A stretch of DNA of 64,000 nucleotides from Octopus sinensis (GCF_006345805.1 NC_043013.1:51584001-51648000), one strand, 5' to 3'. Numbered from the stretch's first letter, positions 13,193 to 25,315 are shown. A program made the numbers and translations. Notes: generated by a model from the sequence alone, not told the origin.

Positions 13193-14370
13193 TATGTGTG
13201 CATATACATACATATACATGCACTTAAGTAAATACATACAGAAACATATATACACTACACATACCTACACATCTCAACCATACATAAATACATACACATA
13301 CACGACATTGATGCATGCATACATCTATCTGCGTGTCTTTATATTTATCTTGTGCTGTATTTATCTGAGCGATGTTAAAAGAAAATTAAAATAAACATGA
13401 AGCGTAAAATAAATTGAACAAATAAAATAAGCAAAGAAAAGTAGCATACAAATAACCCCACTCCGCCCACCCCAAAATATACATACGGGTACCGACCACT
13501 TGTGTCACACATAGACGTACATGGGTACGACTATTAACCCACATAGAAACTCATATGAAGGCCATGAAACACAGAAATAACCTGGTATGATCACTGACAG
13601 ACATTACATCACAGGAATGTGATCACAAATAGACACAGAAATATACGGGTATGTTCTGTAATTGACGTGGATCACACGGGTATCTAAAAATATATGGGTA
13701 AGGGTGATACAAGGCATAGCGTCACCCGGGTATGACCACACTTGGATATAAAGAAGGGTACCACCACTAAGGGACGTAAAATGATGCGGGTATTACCATA
13801 AAGAGGTGTAGATATATACGGGTATGACCTCTAATTGACATAGTTCACGCTGGTGTTATCACAGTTATAAAAATAGATAGGTATGTCTATTAACAGCTTT
13901 AGAATCACGCGGGTATGATTACAATTGAATGCAAAATACCCGTCTACGCCGATTAACAAGCGTATACTCGTTAATGTATAACCATAAATAGGAAAAGAAA
14001 TATACGGGTATGACCGCTAACTTGCATACGGTATAAGGGTACGGCCACAAATAATGAAGGACACAGTTATGATTACAATTAGATATAAAAATTACACCGG
14101 TACGCTGACTAACATATGCAGAATCGTGCGTGTATGACCATTAACAGATATAAAAAATACGGGTATAATCGACGTGTAACACACTGGTATGACTATAGAC
14201 AGATATACATGAGTAGAAATACCAGGGCATGCAGAAAGTTAGGATAGAGTCATTAGCACACATGATATTATACGAGTATGACCACTAATAATTATCTACA
14301 GACGGGTATGACCACTAGCATACCGCAAAGACAGGTGTAAAATCTCTAGCAGACAGAAATATACGGGTAT

Positions 14371-14785
14371 CAAAGCGGCGAGCCGGCAGAATCGTTAGCA
14401 CGCCGGGCGAAATGCTTAGCGGTATTTCATCTGCCGCGCTACGTTCTGAATTCAAATTGCGCCGTGGTCGACTTTGCCTTTAATCCTTTCGGGGTCGATT
14501 AAAATAAGTACCAGTTACGCACTGGGGTCGATACTTAATCCGTTTGTCTGTCCTTGTTTGTCCCATCTGTGTGTAGCCCCTTGTGGGTAGTAAAGAAGTA
14601 GGTAATTCGTCTGCCGTTACGTTCTGAATTCAAATTCCGCCGAGGTCGACTTTGCCTTTCATCCTTTCGGGGGTCGATTAAATAAGTACCAGTTACGCAC
14701 TGGGGTCGATATAATCGACTTAATCCGTTTGTCTGTCCTTGTTTGTCCCCTCTGTGTGTAGCCCCTTGTGGGCAGTAAAGAAATA
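14371..14785 (+). mobile_element. tRNA-derived SINE family B (Nin/Deu-domain-like) with tandemly duplicated 3' part
   Basis: GGCGAGCCGGCAGAATCGTTAGC head; TTTGCCTTTCATCCTTTCGGGGTCGAT..AAATAAGTACC domain twice; apparent TSD AGAAATAT(A/G)CGGGTAT at 14355-14370 and 14786-14801. Confidence 0.85.
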
Positions 14786-15164
14786 AGAAATATGCGGGTA
14801 TTACTGCAAAGGGAATAGAATCATACGGGTATGACCACTAAGAAGCATAAACATACATGGGTATGGCAACTATCATATATAGAAATAGATAGATGCCATC
14901 ATTAATGTACACAGAAACATACGATTATAACTAATGCTATATATAGTCATGTAGAGCATGAGCACCAACAGATATATGCTCGCAGCGTATGACAACTACA
15001 GGCATAGAAGCATACGTGTATGGTCACTGATGGTTTATGGTCACTGAAACACACGTGTATGGTCACATAAAAATGGGGACATGAATTGTGGCACACAGAC
15101 TGAAATCTGTTTATAACCAGTAAAATATAGAGCATCACAGACGTATGACCAATAACAAATATCA

Positions 15165-15435
15165 CGTGACCGACCAGCGTACCAGGTTATTAGATGTTGT
15201 TACACATCTCTGGTCACAATGCACTTTCGCATTGTTTTAGACTTCGAATGACGCCACCCTGCTGGCTAGGCAAGCAGGCCAACATTCCCCACCCCTGATC
15301 GAATGGGTGACTGGAGCAACGTGAAATGGAGTGTTTTGCTCAAGAACACGACGTGCCAACCAATCAAGGAATTGAACCCACAATCAAGCAATCGTGAGTG
15401 CAACAGGTTAACGACTAGGCCACACGCCTTCACGA
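15165..15435 (-). mobile_element. SINE family D head with GTCACGTGAT-type tail
   Basis: Head GAAGGCGTGTGGCCTAGT...GGTTCAATTCC; tail shared with 51600-51721. Confidence 0.7.
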
Positions 15436-15441
15436 TAACAC

Positions 15442-15518
<77 letters not shown>

Positions 15519-15905
15519 TATATAAACGAATATATACAAGAAACGAGTATGACCACAGACAGGTATATAAACGAAAATATATAATCGCATGTATGAGTGT
15601 GTGCTTAATAAGCTTACTTGGAAACCACGTGGGCGGTAATTCGGGAAAGGGGCTTCTACTTCAGCCTCGGGCTGACCAATAATTCGAGTGCTAATTTAGG
15701 AGACAGAAAATGTGTAGAAGCCCTCCATATGTGTATGTGTGTGTTTGTGCGTGTGTGTTTGTGTATGTATGTGTGTGTGTATGTGTGTGTGGTTTTTGTC
15801 TGTCCACCCACCACCGTAGGACAACCGGTGTTGGTTTGTATATGTCCCCGTAACATGGCATTTTGATAAAGCACGCCGATAGAATAAGTACCAGACATAA
15901 AAAAC

Positions 15906-15954
<49 letters not shown>

Positions 15955-15974
15955 TAATAATAATAATAATGGCT

Positions 15975-16499
15975 CTCATGGCTTCTCATCTTAACTGATT
16001 GGAAGTGTTATCATGTACATTGTTTTGTCTTGGTATAAAAGATGGGCTACAGCAAATATTCTGCTCAATACCACATATTTGCTTGTCATTTGTTTGACCT
16101 TAACCAGTTGAGCATGTCCCTTAGTGGCTGACAATATGTGCATCTCTGATTACGAGCAGAGGTAGTGGGGGAGCATCATAGCTGCGTGTTGAGAGGGATT
16201 CTATGGAGTTTGAATAATTCACCTCTGGAAGCATAGGTGTTTCGTTCAACATCCTTAAACAACCCTTATTCAGGGACCTTTTGAGCGGGATGGGCTACTC
16301 AACCAGGAGAAAATTCTAACTGGGCCCCACCTGCAAGGTTATGTGCTGTTAATCTTGATATGAGATCACCATGTCGCGCATTTGTTGTGATGCATGTGTC
16401 TGGTGTACCCTTATCAGACGGGTAGTCATGATGGGTATATTGGGCTTCGTATATTTTACCCCAGTGTCACTTTGATGGCAAGCACTGCTCTCTCACTCA
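15975..16499 (+). mobile_element. Unclassified retroposon 3' region inserted in (AAT)n
   Basis: Flanked by (AAT)n on both sides; its last ~58 bp recur alone in another (AAT)n tract at 19443-19501, consistent with 5' truncation. Confidence 0.6.
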
Positions 16500-16570
16500 T
16501 AACAATAATAATAATATAATAATAATAATATAATATAATAATAATAATAATAATATAATAATAATAATAG

Positions 16571-16905
16571 GCGGTTACAATACCAGTGATCGTAGAGCAC
16601 TAGGATGATCAAGAGGGAACCGAAAATTATATGAGAATGATCCCTGGCTTACCATCCCTGCAAGAAGTGCAAAGATTGTCTTAACTGGTACATCACACGT
16701 ATTGAGAGAGCATTGGTCGATGTCAAACTATTACTACCCATTATTTTAATTTAACTTTTTAAAAAATAAAAAAAAAAAATGAACTAACTGGTGAGTTTAG
16801 TTTAATGGCCTACCAATGTATACTATGAGTTTCTTTGCCCTAGGAGTCGGGAAGACACTCGGCAAGAAATGGAAGCAAATTTGAAAGAAGAAGAAGAAAA
16901 GATAA
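16571..16905 (+). mobile_element. 3' fragment of an R4/Dong-like (RLE) non-LTR retrotransposon in (AAT)n
   Basis: Frameshift-corrected AVTIPVIV(G)ALGMIK..TENYMRMIPGLPSLQEVQKIVLTGTSHVLR matches the VPVVIGALG...LQKxVLLGT..ILR C-terminus of R4/Dong; (AAT)n on both sides. Confidence 0.75.
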
Positions 16906-17504
16906 CAATAATAATAGTAATAATAATAATAATAACAACAACAACAACAATAATAATAAATAAATGAATAATAAAAAGATCTTCAGGAGTTGATGTTTTC
17001 TACGAATTCCTTCAGACTGGTGCCCCAGCGTGGCCGCAGCGCAATGACTGGGATTTAAACGGTAAAAAATAAAGGATAAACAAAGAAAATTAAAAGAAAA
17101 ATAATTTAATCTGTACCCGGATTCGGGTGCATGTCAGAGAATGTCTGTATAAACCGAGAAGGTAGACGTGCGCGGGGGTGACCTTTTTTTAAATAGGCTC
17201 TGTAGTTACGCACTATCTTAGCCTGCACACCATGTGTGTTGTTTTGGACAGCGGGGTATCTGGGGTGGTTGGTACCCCAAATGGTGGTTTGCTGCAGAAT
17301 GTTGTAAACATCAAAACGTTTCTACAACCTCACCACCAGCACCAGTACCGCCACCAACACCACCATTATCACCCGTAACATTTTAACTCCCACCCCTCTC
17401 CCCCACCCTGTCCCGTCTTCTTCCTCATCCTCCAACACCAGCACGCCATCAACCATACTCCCCCAACGCTGCGTGGGTGAGGAAGCAGCTGGGCTGGTTT
17501 AAAA

Positions 17505-17800
17505 GGAAGAAGAAGAAGAAGAAGAAGAAGAAGGAGAAGAAGAAGAAGAAGAAGAAGAAGAAGAAGAAGAAGAAATAAGAAATAAAAATGAAGAAGAAGA
17601 AGAGAAAGAAGAAGAGAAAGAAGAAGAGAAGAAGAAGAGAAGAAAGAAGAGAAATAAAAGAAGAAGAAGAAGAAGAAGAAGAAAGAAGAAGAAGAAGAAG
17701 AAGAAGGAGATGAAAGAAGAAATAAAAACGAAGAAAAAGAAGTAGAAGTAGGGGAAGAAGAGAAGTAGGAGTAGGAGGAGAAGGGGAGGAGGAGAAGAAG
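17505..17800. repeat. (AAG)n-rich microsatellite
   Basis: Direct inspection. Confidence 0.9.
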
Positions 17801-18249
17801 AAATATACGGTGACTTTTTATCGTGTTGTGAGTAGTTGAATTGATAACAACAAATGCAATAATAATAATAATAATAATAACAACAACAACACAGCAACAG
17901 CCACCAAAATCAAGTAATGCAATGACATCTAAGATAACAACAACAGCAAAATACGTTTCTATGTAAAGATGCAGAGCAAGAGGAGGTGTGGAAGACGAGG
18001 AAGAGGATGGGTTGGCGGGGGAGGAGGATTTAATTCCAGACTTAGAGACAAACTGAGACATTTCCAAAGTAGCTTTAAGAAGACACTTCAATTCCAGAAA
18101 CGCAATGCAACATGTCTGCCATCGCAGACGAGGAGAGGAATGGCGTGAAACACGTATCGGAGCTTTTAACTGTTTTACTGTTGCGTTCATCGTGCATATA
18201 TACAACCGCCGCCACTACCACCTCTGTTGTTGAAATTCTGGGGGAAGGG

Positions 18250-18565
18250 ACTTGTGGATAACATAGACCCCTTCTCGAGCCATGCGTGGCTCACAAGGGC
18301 CGGTTTTACGGTTTCCTTGGTGTATAGGTTCCCCAGCTAGACGGGACGCCGATCCGACGCAGGTGAGCTGCAAGATGCAGGAAGAAAGAGTGAGAGAAAG
18401 TTGTGGCGCAAGGCTAATCAGACGTTCGCCATTACCTCCTGCCGGAGCCGCGTGGAGCTTAGACGTTTCGCTCATAAACATACACATCACCCGGTCGGAG
18501 ATTCGAACCCACGACCCCTTGACCATGAGTCCGACGCTCTAACCACTAGGCCATGTACTTCCACT
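18250..18565 (-). mobile_element. tRNA-derived SINE family C
   Basis: A-box TGGCCTAGTGG, B-box GGTTCGAATC, then GAGCGAAACGTCTAAGCTCCACG domain shared with 54810-55192. Confidence 0.8.
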
Positions 18566-19290
18566 ATCGACCCCACTGTTTCACTGGTGCTTATTTTAGT
18601 GACCACAAAATGATGAAAGGCAAAGTCAAACCTCGATGGAATTTAAACTCCGAACGTGGAGACAGACGAAATACTACTTAGCCCTTTGTCCGGCGTGCTA
18701 ACGATTCATTTCTACTCTAAGCACAAGGCCCGAAATTTTGGGGGAGGTGGGCAGTCGATTAGTTCGACCCCAGTACGCAACTGGTACTTAATTTATCGAC
18801 CCCAAAAGGATGAAAGGCAAAGTCAACCTCGGCGGAATTTGAACTCAGAACGTAGCGGCAGACGAAATACCTATTTCTTTACTATCCACAAGGGGCTAAA
18901 CACAGAGAGGACAAGCAAGGACAGAAAAATGGATTAAGTTGATTATATCGACCCCAGTGCCTAACTGGTATTTATTTAATCGACCCTGAAAGGATGAAAG
19001 GCAAAGTCAACCTCGGCGGAATTTGAACTCAGAACCTAACAGCAGACGAAATACCGCTCCGCATTCCACCTGGTGTACCATCGATTCTGCCAGCTCGCCA
19101 GTTCGATATCGGTTTCAAATTTTGGTACAAGGCCAGAAATTGTAAGGAAGGATGCAAATCGATTTCATTGACTTCTGTGCTCATGTGATACTTATTTTAT
19201 CGACTTCGGCAGCATTTGAGTTTAGGACGCAAAGTCGGAAGAAATGCCGTACTTTTTCCGGCGCGGTAACGATTCTGCCAGCTCGCAGTC
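18565..19290 (-). mobile_element. Cluster of SINE family B copies and fragments
   Basis: Repeated GGATGAAAGGCAAAGTCAACCTCGGCGGAATTTGAACTCAGAAC. Confidence 0.8.
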
Positions 19291-19295
19291 TTAAC

Positions 19296-19356
<61 letters not shown>

Positions 19357-19386
19357 TTAATAATAATAATAATAATAATCATAATG

Positions 19387-19443
<57 letters not shown>

Positions 19444-19610
19444 TGGGCTTCGTATATTTTACCCCAGTGTCACTTTGATAGCATGCACTGCTCTCTCACA
19501 CAATAATAATAATTTGTTTATTGACCGCAAAAGGTTTACATTAAGAAAAACATTGTAAAAGAAGAAGAAGAAGAAGAACAACAACAACAACAACAACAAA
19601 AATAGCAAAA

Positions 19611-19657
<47 letters not shown>

Positions 19658-19900
19658 ACTTGCCTCTTCAAAACGACATTTTACTTTTACCTCTGAAGTG
19701 AAATGCTTTAAAAAACGGTAACACGAAAGACGAAGAAAATATGGAATGCTCATTCTTCAGCTGCTGCAATGACAGACAAATACCCAAGACATGCACATAG
19801 ATACATTTATAGACACATATACACACCCACACATATCTCGCATATCTATGTCTATGTACATATATGTATACATAAATATTTTTTCACTATTTCTGTGTTC

Positions 19901-19936
19901 CTTTCTGTTGAAGAGCGCAGACTCGAAACGTAAAAG
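19901..19936 (+). ncRNA. Minimal hammerhead-like motif with variant core, in a short repeat (~19880-20020)
   Basis: CTTT-CTGTTGA-a-GAG cgcaga CTC-GAAA-cg-TA-AAAG; same family as 40263-40300. Confidence 0.5.
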
Positions 19937-20347
19937 ACGTTCTCACTTCCCGAGCGTTAGACTAATACATCTGTTTGTAGTTTACACATCCATCTTCGTC
20001 CTTTGTTTTGCTTATTTTTTGTAAATTCCAAATATATACATATATGTATATGTGTGTGTGTGTGTGTGTATTATATATATATAATATATATACATTATAT
20101 TATGCATGTATATATATATATATATATATACATTTGATATATATATGGAGTATATATATATATGCATACGTGTGTTATAAACAAACATAGTATATATATA
20201 ATATATTATATAGATATATATATATATCACAATCAAGGAACGGCCATAATAGGCCATTCACCCACTAGAAATAACAGCTAAAGCTTCCACCGCCAAAATA
20301 ACATTAATTCCGTAAACCAGGAGAAAATTAAAAAACATTACCCTGTA

Positions 20348-20450
20348 ATTTCTTATACGATGCACCGTTTCATCTACTGTTTAATGGTAAAACTACCTGA
20401 TTAAATAAATCAAGCCAATCTTCCATAGGCCCTTAGATTCGTCAGTAAAT
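20348..20450 (-). ncRNA. Type I hammerhead ribozyme copy 1 (stem I shortened by a 3-nt deletion)
   Basis: Reverse complement has intact CTGACGA, GAAA and GTA core. Confidence 0.7.
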
Positions 20451-20828
20451 AGCCAGATCGGAACAGATATTTTCACGAGGCATTTCTGTCCCTGCCTCGG
20501 CAATATCTGACCTAAAATTTTCAAATCATCGCACTCGCGCCAAATTTATCGGCAGCAAATAAATATAAGCCGCCGATTCCATTACGGAATTAACCAGAAA
20601 ATTCATAATTAATCAATATAGGGTGGCAAAAAATTTTGTAGAATTTTTTTGCCACCAGCGGCCTAGTGGGAAAAAATTAAATAGTCATAGACCATTTTTA
20701 AGTTCAACATCACAATCAAGGAACGGCCATAATAGGCCATTCACCCACTAGAAATAACAGCTAAAGCTTCAACCGCAAAATAACATTAATCCGTAAACCA
20801 GGAGAAAATTAAAAACATTTACCCTGTA

Positions 20829-20934
20829 ATTCTTATACGATGCACCGTTTCATCTACTGTTTAATGGTAAACTAACCTGATTAAATTAAATCAAGCCAAT
20901 CTTCCATAGGCCCTTAGATTCGTCAGTAAGAAAT
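20829..20934 (-). ncRNA. Type I hammerhead ribozyme copy 2
   Basis: Reverse complement TTCTTA-CTGACGA-ATCTA...TAGAT-GAAA-cggtgcatcg-TA-TAAGAA. Confidence 0.85.
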
Positions 20935-21118
20935 AGCCAGATCGGAACAGATATTTCAAATTATGAATTTTCTGGTTAATTCCGTAATGGAATCGGCGGC
21001 TTATATTTATTTGCTGCCGATAAATTTGGCGCGAGTGCGATGATTTGAAAATTTTAGGTCAGATATTGCCGAGGCAGGGACAGAAATGCCTCGTGAAAAT
21101 ATCTGTTCCGACTTGGCT

Positions 21119-21225
21119 ATTTCTTACTGACGAATCTAAGGGCCTATGGAAGATTGGCTTGATTTAATTTAATCAGGTTAGTTTACCATTAAACAGTAGA
21201 TGAAACGGTGCATCGTATAAGAAAT
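21119..21225 (+). ncRNA. Type I hammerhead ribozyme copy 3, extended stem II
   Basis: Stem I ATTTCTTA/TAAGAAAT (8 bp); CTGACGA at 21127-21133; stem II ATCTA...TAGAT (21134-21201); GAAA at 21202-21205; near-palindromic stem III ACGGTGCATCGT; GUA cleavage after 21217. Confidence 0.88.
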
Positions 21226-21442
21226 TACAGGGTAAATGTTTTTTAATTTTCTCCTGGTTTACGGAATTAATGTTATTTTGCGGTTGAAGCTTTAGCTGTT
21301 ATTTCTAGTGGGTGAATGGCCTATTATGGCCGTTCCTTGATTGTGATGTTGAACTTAAAAATGGTCTATGACTATTTAATTTTTTCCCACTAGGCCGCTG
21401 GTGGCAAAAAAATTCTACAAAATTTTTGCCACCCTATATTGA

Positions 21443-21476
<34 letters not shown>

Positions 21477-21479
<3 letters not shown>

Positions 21480-21810
21480 GCGCATGGTTTGAATTTTGGG
21501 TTCACAATCATAAGGTAGTATGTTCGATTCCCGGATCGGGCTGTGCGTTGTGTTCTTGAGCAAGACACTTTATTTCACGTTGCTCCAGTTCACTCATCTG
21601 TAGAAATGAGTTGCGACGTTACAGGTACCAAGCTGTATCGGCCCCTTTGCCTTTCCCTTGAGCAACGCAATGGTGTGAAGAGGGGAGGCCGATATATATA
21701 CGCAGACTGCTGGTCCTACAAAAATAAACCGTGACCGGACTTGAACCCTGGAGGAGAAACTTTTAGGAGCAATCCCATAGCCATTCATAACTGAAAGGCT
21801 GGAGGATGTC
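21477..21810 (+). mobile_element. SINE family D (Meta-domain-like)
   Basis: B-box GTTCGATTCCC, then GTTGTGTTCTTGAGCAAGACACTTTATTTCACGTTGCTCCAG. Confidence 0.75.
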
Positions 21811-21823
21811 TTTATCCTTTACC

Positions 21824-21859
<36 letters not shown>

Positions 21860-22171
21860 GTGTGTGCGTGTGTGTGTGCGTGTGTGTGTGCGTGTGTGTG
21901 TGCGTGTGTGTGTGCAGAGACACATATATCTATATCTATGTATTTATATATATTCCAGTTCCGAATCGAGGCGATAAGCAGGACTTTTAGTGAATCGCTT
22001 CAAAACTGGGGAAATTCTTTCTACATGAAGCCATTGATATCATTGCTGATCCACAACCAATACACACACATACACACACACACACACACACGCATATAAA
22101 TGTGACCTCGTGTGTACCGTTGGCGATTTTTTTCCTCTGTCTTCCCTTCTCTGGATCTTTCCTTCTCATAT

Positions 22172-22206
22172 GTTTCCGACGAAGAGCTCCGTTCGAAACG
22201 TTAAAC
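22172..22206 (+). ncRNA. Minimal hammerhead-like motif in a short repeat (~22100-22305)
   Basis: GTTT-CCGACGA-a-GAGC tcc GTTC-GAAA-cg-TT-AAAC; the core has U4 changed to C. Confidence 0.55.
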
Positions 22207-22333
22207 CCTCCTTCTTTCCTTCTTTCCTGAGCGTCCAATAATACTATGTTGTTCCACCTTTTCGCGTTGTTGTGTTTTTTTGTGCTTTCTTGTTTGGATT
22301 AGCTATATAATATATTATATATATAATATATAT

Positions 22334-22383
<50 letters not shown>

Positions 22384-22431
22384 CATATAATATATATATA
22401 TATATATATACATTATATATATATATAATAC

Positions 22432-22508
<77 letters not shown>

Positions 22509-23057
22509 ATATATACTTTTATATAGTACATTATTTTCATTTTGTGATAGCCGAAAGTATTTGTCTATTGTATGTGTATGATCTTTTTCTTTCTCTACTG
22601 TGCTATTATTTCATCACGTTACGTTCATCTAATACTCGAAATGCCTTTTCTGTTATTTATTTATTTGTAGATGTACAATTATTTGGGTCTTGATGTATAG
22701 TTGAAAGGTGTTCGCCTATTGTATGTGTATAATTCTTGCTTTCTTGTTCTTGTTTTCGTTCTTGTATACATTTATTTCCTTTCCCCAGAAGCTTAATGTT
22801 CTGGCGCTTGCAGGCTTTGAGCGGTCTCAGGAGCAAAAAACGTGAAACTGCTATGTCTTTCCGGAGGAAATCGGCTGCGAATGGTCTGTCTATCTTATTT
22901 TTATCCAGTTTCACGTTTGTTATGTTAACGTCTATTTTTTCGTATGTTGTTTTTTCGTTGGATTTACGCTTGTTGTGTTCCCTTCTGTCCTGCTCTTGAT
23001 ATAATATAGGGAGAATTCACAAAAAAAAGACGTAGACAGGTGGTGTAGACAACAAAC

Positions 23058-23095
<38 letters not shown>

Positions 23096-23193
23096 GTTTG
23101 TTGTCTACACCACCTGTCCTACTCTTGATATATATATAATATAGGGAGAATTCACAAAAAAAAAGACGAAGACAGGTGGTGTAGACAACAAAC

Positions 23194-23227
<34 letters not shown>

Positions 23228-23467
23228 CTGTATTACACTAATAAGCAGTGTACAGCACCAGAATTTTTAGAATGCTTTCACCGAGGATGGTTTACATAAT
23301 GGATTCATTTCCTATTATATATAACGCAAGCCTAAATCATGCGTATTAAATGATTTTCAAATATCACTCTTCGGTCTAAATTCCTCACTACATATATATG
23401 TGGGGGAAAGGAAGAGAGAGATGTAGGCACGCATGTTTTGGTATGATATATATATACTCACTCAGTG

Positions 23468-23790
23468 AAGGCGCGTGGTTTAGTGGTTAGGGTATTCGGA
23501 TTACAATCGTAAGGTCGTGAGTTCAATTCCTGGCGACGCGTTGTGTCTTTGAGCAAGACGCTTTATTTCACGTTGCACCACTTCTCTTGACTGACAAAAA
23601 TGAGTTGTACCTGTTATTCAAAGGCCGGATTATCACATTCTGTGCCACACTGAATATTCCTGAGGACTACGTTAAAAGTTCGCATGTCTGTGGTGTGCTC
23701 AGCCAGTTGCACGTTAATTACACGAGCAAGCTGTTCCGTTGATCAGATCAACTGGTACCCTCATCATCATAACTGATGGAGTACCAGACT
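23468..23790 (+). mobile_element. SINE family D head with family-C-type tail (duplicate at ~27136-27455)
   Basis: GAAGGCGCGTGGTTTAGTGG A-box, GAGTTCAATTCC B-box; tail resembles 55020-55190. Confidence 0.75.
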
Positions 23791-24687
23791 CGGCACACAT
23801 ACTCTGACTCTCTCTCCTCTCTCTCTCTCTCACGTGTCACATACGCGTCACATGGTTTAATTTTTCAGAATATTGTATAACCTATAAGTACAACTAATTT
23901 AATGTAGTCCATATTGAAATATTGTTTACTTCGAGAGATGAATGTCCAAGAACGAATCTAGGAATACGTCACTACTTTCTCATTTACCCAACTAAAAAAT
24001 AGAACAAAGATTTTGCTCATATCACACCCTCGACTTCTTAAGAATGACACATTGTTAAATCTAGCACCAACTATATTAGATCAAAATAAATTATGGGATA
24101 TTCATAACTGGAGCACTTTCTGTCACAGGTCTACTCAACCATTTCTGACTTGGTCTAAGACAAACATTAAATATTTCATAAACATTAATTTCATTATATG
24201 GTGACATGGTTTCAGATTTCTATCAGAGGAAGTTTTTAAAAAAGGAGGTCATTTGTGATTAATCCTTTTTGTGAATAATAATGTCATGCAGGGGTAATGG
24301 ATTAACCTGAATTAGGGGTAGAAAATAGATCACATAAATGATAATTACCCGAAACTAATTAAAGAGTATGAAAGAAGCGGAGAGGCTCGATTATATTTTT
24401 GAAGAAATTGAAATATGGTGTTGGCTGATGGAATTAGTAGTGGAATAGGTACCAGTTTTTACTTTCTTGTGTTTATATTCCGTGTTCGAATTCAGTTGTT
24501 ATTTTTGTTTTTCCGTGTGGGAAGAAGTTTGTTTCCCAACAACATCGTTCCGGGTTCAGTCCCACTTCGTAGCACCCTGGCAAGTGACTTCCACGATAAC
24601 TCGGGCTGACCGAATCATTGTGAGTAGGATTGACACGCGGAAACTGGAAGACGGTCGTGTGTGTATGTATGTGTGTGTGTGTGTGTA

Positions 24688-24730
<43 letters not shown>

Positions 24731-25315
24731 AGTGTGTTTGTCCCCATCACAGCTTGAAAACCGGTGTTGGTGTGTTTACGTCACCGTACAATAAGTACCA
24801 GGCTTCAAGAAAAATAAGCACTAGAGGTGGATTCGCTCGAAAAAATCTTTCAAGTTGGTGCCCAAGCATGATCGCAGTCTATTGACAGAAACAAATAAAA
24901 GATAAAAGATAAAACGTAACTAGATGCTTCCACACATAAACAGAGAGAGATGGGAGACAAAATAAAACATTAAAACGGTTGATGTCAAATAAGTCTGCAC
25001 CGAATCAGCGACGTGAAATAAGTGGCGCCAAAACAGCTGAGCTAAAGCGGCTCATACCCACTCTACCCACAGATATACCCACACTGTGCACCCTTATATA
25101 CATTTCTATACCAAATCATGCCAAGTCGCAACACTAGAGTACAATACACCATACTACATCACAAAGTACACGACAGTATGCTACACTATTCTAAACCACA
25201 ACATAAAACAGCATTATGGGCAATCATTACTCAACGCAAAATAGGAAAAAACACAGAAGGGAAAGCCACGGATGGAGAGCTATTTCTTAATCATATATAT
25301 TCCAAAACTCAAGAA

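Larger units (their letters stand above)
13480..15600 (+). repeat. Old diverged minisatellite, ~31-32 bp period, core CGGGTATGACCAC
   Basis: Core or variants at ~13485, 13645, 13725, 13786, 13817, 13909, 14003, 14160, 14302, 14825 and 15544; interrupted by SINEs. Confidence 0.8.
20226..21446. mobile_element. Retrozyme/Penelope pLTR-like element: partial tandem (minus strand, 20226-20957) plus inverted full ~488-bp unit (plus strand, 20959-21446), inside (TA)n
   Basis: Segment order A-B-C-A then B'-A'-C'; A starts at 20226 and 20709; three HHRs; no ORF. Confidence 0.8.

Noticed and set aside
13480-15600. CRISPR-like repeat-spacer appearance
   Set aside because: Eukaryotic context, short degenerate cores, related spacers and no cas genes
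18120-18165. CAGACGA...GAAACACGTA hammerhead-like string
   Set aside because: Core is mutated and stems I and II do not pair convincingly
20226-21446. Simple sequencing fold-back artefact as the explanation of the inverted structure
   Set aside because: Not a mirror image (A-B-C-A versus B'-A'-C'), the flanks are not duplicated, and a diverged analogue exists at 50805-51355; read-level confirmation is still needed
22657-22914. 85-aa ORF retained in both duplicated copies
   Set aside because: Retention is explained by recent duplication; no domain recognised
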